A stretch of DNA of 32,763 nt, from the IMG/VR virus record IMGVR_UViG_3300012232_000035, positions 1-32,763 of that record. The stretch is one strand, 5' to 3'. Shown piece by piece: positions 26,908-32,763 of this stretch. The stretch is from a virus. Lineage: Duplodnaviria > Caudoviricetes. The notes beneath the pieces were generated by a model. It did not search any database. It saw nothing but the letters and a program-made list of their open reading frames with translations, and was not told where the DNA came from. The position numbers and the translations under genes were made by a program. Position 1 is the stretch's first letter. The number at the start of each line of letters is the position of its first letter.

Positions 26908-26957
26908 GTAACAGGAAGTAACAGGGTATTTACAATAGGAGAAAAGGGCGTTATAAT
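26908..26957 (+). promoter_or_regulatory. Sigma70-type promoter with upstream GTAAC-N5-GTAAC box
   Basis: GTAACAGGAAGTAAC at 26908; TTTACA(26929)-N17-TATAAT(26952). Confidence 0.85.
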
Positions 26958-26992
26958 TGTATTTACAACGCAGTGTTGTAATTAGGAAAAAT

Positions 26993-27376
26993 ATGGAATT
27001 AAAAGATCTAGGTGAAACTATTGACTCTCTCTATGCTCTCAGGCAACTACGTCTTGAGAAACAACGAGAGATTGATGACATGAAGGCCACTGAAACAAAC
27101 TTGAGACAAGCTATCATTGGCTTACTCGAGGATGCAGGTCTGGCCAAAGCATCAGGTGGTATGGCAACTGCAGGTATCAAAGTAACAGTTGAACCATTAG
27201 TTACTGATTGGGATCCAGTGTTTGAGTATATTAGAAAGGAGAACAAGTTTGAGTTGATTCAGAAACGCATTAGTGCTCCAGCATGGAGAGAGCTGAAAGA
27301 GTCAGGCATCCTGGTACCTGGCACCGAAGAGAATCCAGTAGTTGATATTTCTTTAACTAAGTCTACAAGAGGTTAA
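26993..27376 (+). CDS. Coiled-coil protein commonly encoded next to phage SSB (Gam/Gp157-like architecture)
   Basis: N-terminal coiled coil, then VxDWDxxxxYI...LxQKR...VPG motif; start MELK after AGGA. Confidence 0.7.
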   Translation: MELKDLGETIDSLYALRQLRLEKQREIDDMKATETNLRQAIIGLLEDAGLAKASGGMATAGIKVTVEPLVTDWDPVFEYIRKENKFELIQKRISAPAWRELKESGILVPGTEENPVVDISLTKSTRG

Positions 27377-27377
27377 G

Positions 27378-28046
27378 ATGGCCACAGATTTGACAACCAT
27401 TCAAGAGCGGATTGCACAGCAACTCGCTCGACAACAGGAGACAGCCACTGGGCTGCGTACTACTGGTGCATTCATCAAGTTCAAGAATGCACAGATGAAG
27501 ATCGATGGCACACCCATTCCGAATAACATGGTGGATGTGCGAGTATTGGCAGCAGTAGGTGAGCGTACATTCTATGAAGGAGAGTACGATGCGGACAAAG
27601 TCCAGGTTCCTGATTGCTACTCTGTCAACAGTGATAAACCGCATCCTGAGGCGGCGTCTCCTCAAAGTGAAGTATGTCGGGACTGTCCCCATAATAAATG
27701 GGGTACAGGACCGCGGAAGCGTGGCAAAGCATGTCGCGAGGGTGCTCGTATTGTGGTTGTTCCGGCTAACGTCCCGTTGAAGACAGCCCCCTTGTATATG
27801 GCTAAGATTCCAATCACATCATTGAACACAGTAACTGCATTTACTTCGAGATGCAGTCAATCTGGCAAGATGATGGGAGAGTTTGTCACTCAGCTGTCTG
27901 TCGTGGAAGACAATAAGTCATTCTTTAAGGTGCATCTGAATATTAAGGAGATCACAGGTGACATGGACCAAGGTGAGCTCCTTGCTAAGCAGGACGAAGC
28001 ATTCGATCTTGCTGTATCTCCTTATCCAGATATTGAAGTGCCTTAA
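27378..28046 (+). CDS. Putative single-stranded DNA-binding protein with Cys cluster
   Basis: PDCY...CxxCPxNxWG...GKAC motif, acidic C-terminus, located upstream of the polymerase. Confidence 0.65.
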   Translation: MATDLTTIQERIAQQLARQQETATGLRTTGAFIKFKNAQMKIDGTPIPNNMVDVRVLAAVGERTFYEGEYDADKVQVPDCYSVNSDKPHPEAASPQSEVCRDCPHNKWGTGPRKRGKACREGARIVVVPANVPLKTAPLYMAKIPITSLNTVTAFTSRCSQSGKMMGEFVTQLSVVEDNKSFFKVHLNIKEITGDMDQGELLAKQDEAFDLAVSPYPDIEVP

Positions 28047-28089
28047 ACTATAGATCCCCCTACATCAGTCTGCCATAGCTGATGTTTTC

Positions 28090-28125
28090 TCCCCGACGAT
28101 CTCTCCTGGTCGTCGGGGACTTTTT
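28090..28125 (+). terminator. Intrinsic terminator
   Basis: TCCCCGACGA-N10-TCGTCGGGGA-CTTTTT; preceded by a second hairpin (CATCAG...CTGATG). Confidence 0.8.
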
Positions 28126-28146
28126 CCTTTCTTAAAGGTATAAGAT

Positions 28147-28704
28147 ATGTTGATTGCATTAGACTTTGAATCGGAGGCCATTGAGCCTCGTCCTAAGTAT
28201 CCACCTGTTCCCGTTGGCTTAGCGGTAATGCCAGATGGCAATGAAGGATGGTACAATGCCTGGGGACATCCTTCATTCAATAACACAACAAAAGATAGTA
28301 CAGGTAGAGCACTTGAAAGAGTACTTAGTAATGAAGAAGATGAATTCATCTTTCATAATGCACCATTTGACTGTGACATTATACAAACTCATTTTAATAT
28401 TGTGGTTCCTTGGGATAGAGTACATGACACTATGCTTATGGCATTTATGCTAGATCCGTATGGGGAGCTGTCACTGAAGCCTCTTGCAGAGCGTCATCTC
28501 GGTGAGCCCCCCACTGAACAAGAAGAAGTAAGACAGTGGCTAGTAGCTCATGGTATATGCAGTGCCAATGCCAAAGACTGGGGTGCACATATAGCTAAGG
28601 CTCCAGGCGACCTGGTAGGACGTTATGCTATAGGCGACGTGCGAAAGACATTAAACCTCTACAAGTTCTTTAAGCCTAAGCTTGCTCATCGGAGGATGAT
28701 ATGA
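28147..28704 (+). CDS. 3'-5' exonuclease domain of a split family A DNA polymerase
   Basis: ExoI LDFE, ExoII FHNAPFD, HDT, SLK and ExoIII YAIGD. Confidence 0.9.
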   Translation: MLIALDFESEAIEPRPKYPPVPVGLAVMPDGNEGWYNAWGHPSFNNTTKDSTGRALERVLSNEEDEFIFHNAPFDCDIIQTHFNIVVPWDRVHDTMLMAFMLDPYGELSLKPLAERHLGEPPTEQEEVRQWLVAHGICSANAKDWGAHIAKAPGDLVGRYAIGDVRKTLNLYKFFKPKLAHRRMI

Positions 28705-30023
28705 ATGCATACGAGCGAGAGATGCGCCTTATGCCACATGTCATCAAGATGGAGGAACGCGGCATACATATAGATGTCCCCCTCCTCCGCACTGACATGA
28801 ACTTCTACTTTAACAAGATGTCAGAGATGGATGACTTCATCTCAATGAAGTGTAAGCGTAAGGTGGATGTTGATAGTAATGATCAGTTAGCAGATGGAAT
28901 AGAGTTTGCTGGTCTATCTAAAGGCTTTGCGTCTACACCTACAGGTAGGCGGTCTACATCTAAAGAATCATTAATGGGGGCGATAGCTGACCCCGAATTG
29001 CTAGGTGCTTTGCTGATACGCGGATCACTAGCTACTTGTCTTCGTACATTCTATCAACCCTGGTATTCTGCGGCTCGTAAGACAGGAAAGTTATATGTCA
29101 AATGGAATCAGATCAGAAATTATTCGGATACTGGAGCAAGAACGGGAAGATTTAGCAGCTCACCTAACTTTCAGAATGTGCCCACAGACTGGGATAAATT
29201 GCTTGTACAACTTGGAAGCATTGGATATAACCTTAACTTTCCATTGCCACAAATGCGGAAGTATATTATCCCTGCGCCTGGATACCTTCTTATTGGAAGG
29301 GACTACAGATCACAAGAGATGCGACTGTTAGCGCACTTCACTCAAGGGGCGCTAATGGAAGCACTCATAGCTGATCCTACATTGGATGTGCATGAGATCG
29401 CAGGAAAGATGGCAAACATCTCAAGGAAACTGTCAAAGACAATGGGCTTCGCCATCTTATATGGTGCAGGTGCAGCTCGAGTAGCAGAACAATTAGGAAT
29501 CACAGTATATGAATCTAGAGACCTTAAAGCTCGTTATCTTAGGGCACTACCAGAGATTAAGAAGTTCACTAAAGAAGTCAATGACAAAGCAGCATATGGT
29601 GAAGGAATCACTACTCTGGGTGGCCGTTACTATAGTATCCAGTCTCCTGCTATTGTCAAAGGAGTTCTGAAGTCTTTTGAGTATAAGCTAGTGAACTACA
29701 AGATTCAAGGCTCAGCAGCTGATCACACAAAGGAAGCCATGTATCAGTATGCGACTACAACAAAGACTGGACATCTCCTACTGACTGTCCATGACCAAAA
29801 CGTCATTGAAGTGCCAAAAGATGATATAATGTCAGAACGCAAGATCTTTGCAGATGCAATGAATGGATCTTTTGCGGATGTGCTTAAAGTCAAAATGTTA
29901 TCTGATGAATGCATAGGTTATGACTTTGCAAACCTTAGATCATTTGATGAAGGCGAAAGAATAGATAGTCTTTTAGGACGAAGCGAAAGGAATTATGATG
30001 GATATCAAACCAATACTGTTTAA
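28701..30023 (+). CDS. polA: Polymerase domain of a split family A DNA polymerase
   Basis: TGRFSSSPNFQN, motif A DYRSQEMR, motif B RKLSKTMGFAILYG, IQGSAAD, motif C VHDQ; GGAGG RBS and ATGA coupling. Confidence 0.93.
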   Translation: MNAYEREMRLMPHVIKMEERGIHIDVPLLRTDMNFYFNKMSEMDDFISMKCKRKVDVDSNDQLADGIEFAGLSKGFASTPTGRRSTSKESLMGAIADPELLGALLIRGSLATCLRTFYQPWYSAARKTGKLYVKWNQIRNYSDTGARTGRFSSSPNFQNVPTDWDKLLVQLGSIGYNLNFPLPQMRKYIIPAPGYLLIGRDYRSQEMRLLAHFTQGALMEALIADPTLDVHEIAGKMANISRKLSKTMGFAILYGAGAARVAEQLGITVYESRDLKARYLRALPEIKKFTKEVNDKAAYGEGITTLGGRYYSIQSPAIVKGVLKSFEYKLVNYKIQGSAADHTKEAMYQYATTTKTGHLLLTVHDQNVIEVPKDDIMSERKIFADAMNGSFADVLKVKMLSDECIGYDFANLRSFDEGERIDSLLGRSERNYDGYQTNTV

Positions 30024-30666
30024 TCAGCCATGGGGCTTTACAAAGCTCGACGTGTTCCGAACTTGTCATGCCAAGTTCAAGTACCAGTTCATTGACAAGT
30101 TGCCACAGAAAAGCAGTGCAGCACTTGAACGTGGAGGTGAAATTCATGAAGCCATTGAAAGCTATCTTAATGGATGGGCGAGTACACTTCCTGAGGAAGT
30201 GGAAGCATGGAAAGATGCGTTGGACCTTATTAAAAAGGAGGATTATCATGGAGAAAAAGCCATCGGAATCGCGCGTGATTGGAGAATCCTCCCCGATTGG
30301 TTCCACAAAGACACCTGGCTCAGAGTCAAAATGGATACCTACTATCGGAGCAAGCAAAGACTCCACGTCATCGACTACAAGTCAGGAAAGTATCGCATCC
30401 CCTCCACCGATCAAGTCGAGCTCTACGCCATCGCAGGAGTCTCCATCTACCCAGACATTGACGAAGTCGAAGCCGAGTTCTGGTTCATCGACACTGGTGA
30501 CGTCTATAAAAAACTTTATCAAAGGCAAGAGCTGATTGAGCTTAGAAAGAAATATGAGAATGAATCGGATGCAATGTATGTTGAAGCTCAATGGCTCCCA
30601 CAACCATCTAGTGAGTGCCGTTGGTGCCCTTATAGCAAGACTAAGGGGGGGCCATGTCGGTACTAA
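29995..30666 (+). CDS. PD-(D/E)XK exonuclease (AddB/Cas4-like, four Cys)
   Basis: N-terminal C...GxEIH, VIDYKSGK, QVELYA and C-terminal CRWCP...C. Confidence 0.88.
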   Translation: MMDIKPILFNQPWGFTKLDVFRTCHAKFKYQFIDKLPQKSSAALERGGEIHEAIESYLNGWASTLPEEVEAWKDALDLIKKEDYHGEKAIGIARDWRILPDWFHKDTWLRVKMDTYYRSKQRLHVIDYKSGKYRIPSTDQVELYAIAGVSIYPDIDEVEAEFWFIDTGDVYKKLYQRQELIELRKKYENESDAMYVEAQWLPQPSSECRWCPYSKTKGGPCRY

Positions 30667-31028
30667 AGAAGGAAGCAGAGATAGAGTTCGCATCAAGAGT
30701 CATAGCCAAAGGAAGCAAATGCACACTACTCAAGATCCAGGGAGTGAAGGGGTGGCCAGACAGGATACTGCTGACCCCGAACGGGAACGTCGCATTCCTC
30801 GAATTCAAGACCCCTCTTGGGGAGCTAGCACCGCTGCAAACGCACCATCTAGTGCAGCTCAGGGAAATGGGATACCCGATCTTCGTTCCGAGGTCGAGCG
30901 AGCAATTCAAGCAGATTATGTCGCTAATGCTTTCAGCGCCCCGATCTGGCAGCCTAGACCATATCAGGTACGCGGCGTCGATTGGCTCCTACGACCTGAA
31001 AGTGCTCTCTTCTTACCTCCTGGGCTAG
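30654..31028 (+). CDS. VRR-NUC domain nuclease / putative resolvase
   Basis: E..IE, GWPDR, FLEFK and L..LQ...L...G motifs. Confidence 0.85.
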   Translation: MSVLKKEAEIEFASRVIAKGSKCTLLKIQGVKGWPDRILLTPNGNVAFLEFKTPLGELAPLQTHHLVQLREMGYPIFVPRSSEQFKQIMSLMLSAPRSGSLDHIRYAASIGSYDLKVLSSYLLG

Positions 31029-32290
31029 GCAAGACAGCGATGGGCCTTGCGGCTATCTTGATGCTCAGGAAGATGAAGCTTAACTATAAGACCTTAGTCT
31101 TGGCCCCCAAGACAGTCTGTATCACTACGTGGATGACAGAACCTAAAAAGTGGGCACAGTTTCAAGGTTTGAAGGTAGGCTTTGCATGGGGGCCAGACAC
31201 AAGAGAGAAAGTGCTTCATGATCAAAGTTATGACATAGTGGTGATGAACTATGATGGTCTTTCTTGGGCTGCGCCTCTTCTTACTAAGGGTCACCATTTT
31301 GGAGTATTGCTTTGCGATGAGATTACAAGACTTAAAAACACGCAATCGAAAAGATTTAAGCTTGTTAAACCTATTCTCGATAGCTTTACTTTCCGTTGGG
31401 GTTTTACCGGTACTCCTTGTGCTAACGGTTTGTTGGACTTGTTTGGTCAGGTTTACATACTGGATCAAGGGAAAAGATTAGGCAAGTATATAACACATTT
31501 CAGGTTTGCCTGGTTTTATCAGTTACCTTATGACAAGTTCAGGTACTACATTACTGAGGCACGTCAAAAGGAACTAGTAAAGAAGATCAGTGACCTGGCA
31601 ATGTATGTAGATGAAAAGGAATGGCTTGATCTGCCAGAATTATTCCACATCCCTATTCCGATCTTGCTCGAGGAAAAGACCAGGAAGCAATACGATGCCC
31701 TTGAACAAGACTACATCTTAAAGATAGAGAATCAAGCTGTTACTGCAGCCAATGCAGGAGTACTAACCTCTAAGTTGAGACAAGTCACAGGGGGCGCAGT
31801 ATATACTGAGTCACCGACCTGGATGGAGGTAGGCACAGAGAAGTTAGACCGACTAGATGATCTCATTGAAGAGATGGCAGGTGAACCATTGATAGTTGCA
31901 TATCTCTTTGAGCATGAATTACTAAGACTTAAGAAGCGGCATCCTAATGCGCTAGTTATCAAGGGAGGAATGTCACCAAGGGCGGTGACCATAACCGTAG
32001 AGCAATGGAACACAGGCAACTCCCCCCTGATGTTTGTACAACCTGCTTCTACGTCTCTAGGCCTGAACCTTCAGTTCGGAGGTGCAGCCTTATGTTGGTT
32101 CTCTATGACTTACAATCTAGAGGACTTTTTACAGCAAGTGAAACGACTACATAGAAGTGGTCAAAAGCAAGTAGTGAAGAACTATATGTTACTAGCTACT
32201 AAGACTATAGATGAAAGGGTCTCCGATGTACTAACAAAGAAAAACGCTACTCAAGACGATGTAAACGCAGCCTTAAAGTTCAAGATGTAA
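30719..32290 (+). CDS. SNF2-family (SF2) helicase
   Basis: Q-motif PRPYQ, Walker A PGLGKT, CDEIT, TGTP, GLNLQ and QxxRLHRSGQ. The start is uncertain; the ATG at 30719 has an AAGGA RBS. Confidence 0.9.
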   Translation: MHTTQDPGSEGVARQDTADPERERRIPRIQDPSWGASTAANAPSSAAQGNGIPDLRSEVERAIQADYVANAFSAPIWQPRPYQVRGVDWLLRPESALFLPPGLGKTAMGLAAILMLRKMKLNYKTLVLAPKTVCITTWMTEPKKWAQFQGLKVGFAWGPDTREKVLHDQSYDIVVMNYDGLSWAAPLLTKGHHFGVLLCDEITRLKNTQSKRFKLVKPILDSFTFRWGFTGTPCANGLLDLFGQVYILDQGKRLGKYITHFRFAWFYQLPYDKFRYYITEARQKELVKKISDLAMYVDEKEWLDLPELFHIPIPILLEEKTRKQYDALEQDYILKIENQAVTAANAGVLTSKLRQVTGGAVYTESPTWMEVGTEKLDRLDDLIEEMAGEPLIVAYLFEHELLRLKKRHPNALVIKGGMSPRAVTITVEQWNTGNSPLMFVQPASTSLGLNLQFGGAALCWFSMTYNLEDFLQQVKRLHRSGQKQVVKNYMLLATKTIDERVSDVLTKKNATQDDVNAALKFKM

Positions 32291-32335
32291 CAGGAAGTAA
32301 TAAGGCTTTACATTGAACGAAATGGGCGTTATAAT
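32287..32335 (+). promoter_or_regulatory. Sigma70-type promoter with upstream GTAAC-N5-GTAAT box
   Basis: GTAACAGGAAGTAAT at 32287; TTTACA(32307)-N17-TATAAT(32330). Confidence 0.85.
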
Positions 32336-32393
32336 TATGATGTAGCAGCGAAATTGCTACAAATTTTCCTAACTAACTTTGAAAGATATTGAA

Positions 32394-32763
32394 ATGACTG
32401 ACGAAACCGGCCAAGCCAATTTGCAAACCATGGAGTTCACCGACCTGCTGGACATCTACACCACCCGCTGTGAAGAACTGGGCAAGGAGCCAGATGATGC
32501 TCATAAGACTAAAGAAGCTCTTATTGAGGCTATCAATGCCCTCCAAGGTGGAGAGCAGCAAGAAGGTGGAGATACCTCAGGTGAACCCTCTGACAAGCAA
32601 CAGAAGTACAATAGCAGCGGTAAACGCGGCCCGAATCAAGGCATCGGGGCTTTCGCAAAAGAACAGATTGCACTTGGTAAAACCAACCAAGAAGTCTTGA
32701 GCATGATTGAGACGCAGTTTCCAACTGCTCGTACCTCTATGTCCTGCATTGCTTACTATCGCA
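32394..32763 (+). CDS. HTH-like domain protein, paralog 3 (partial, runs off window end)
   Basis: Not in the ORF track. MTDETGQANLQTMEFTDLLDIYTTRCEELGKEPDDAHKTKEALIEAINALQ...GPNQGIGAFAKEQIALGKTNQEVLSMIETQFPTARTSMSCIAYYR; TTGAAAG RBS-like motif. Confidence 0.8.
   Translation, partial: MTDETGQANLQTMEFTDLLDIYTTRCEELGKEPDDAHKTKEALIEAINALQGGEQQEGGDTSGEPSDKQQKYNSSGKRGPNQGIGAFAKEQIALGKTNQEVLSMIETQFPTARTSMSCIAYYR

Noticed and set aside
30068-30535. 155-aa Ser/Thr-rich ORF
   Set aside because: +1 shadow of the nuclease gene, explained by C-ending codon bias; no recognisable motifs.
32470-32700. 76-aa ORF in the track
   Set aside because: Out-of-frame shadow of the ORF starting at 32394, which has a promoter, an RBS-like motif and clear paralogy.

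Overview
About 33 kb of a tailed dsDNA phage genome with podovirus-type architecture; no integrase, lysis genes, tRNA or CRISPR array are visible in the window. It has two divergent arms. The minus-strand arm (19.2 kb to 1) is the morphogenesis operon: TerS, TerL, an unusual 474-aa gene with a possible ADP-ribosyltransferase-like domain, portal, scaffold, major capsid protein, head-tail adaptor and nozzle, a GNAT acetyltransferase, three ejection-type proteins, a tail fibre and further virion genes. The plus-strand arm (19.8 kb to end) carries small early genes and a replication module: Toprim/VirE-type primase-helicase, ATP-dependent ligase, SSB-like protein, a family A polymerase split into exonuclease and polymerase genes, a PD-(D/E)XK nuclease, VRR-NUC and an SNF2 helicase. 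The divergence region (19.2-20.7 kb) is highly structured, with a GAAGAC inverted/direct repeat array, a CpG-free AT-rich one-gene cassette and an origin-like block. The most notable signals are three paralogous three-helix (HTH-like) proteins each with its own sigma70 promoter, a GTAAC-N5-GTAAC box at a fixed position upstream of three promoters and twice in the repeat region, and a strand-polarised (G/T)CCCCC motif that flips orientation at the origin-like block. All family assignments come from motif recognition by eye, not database searches.
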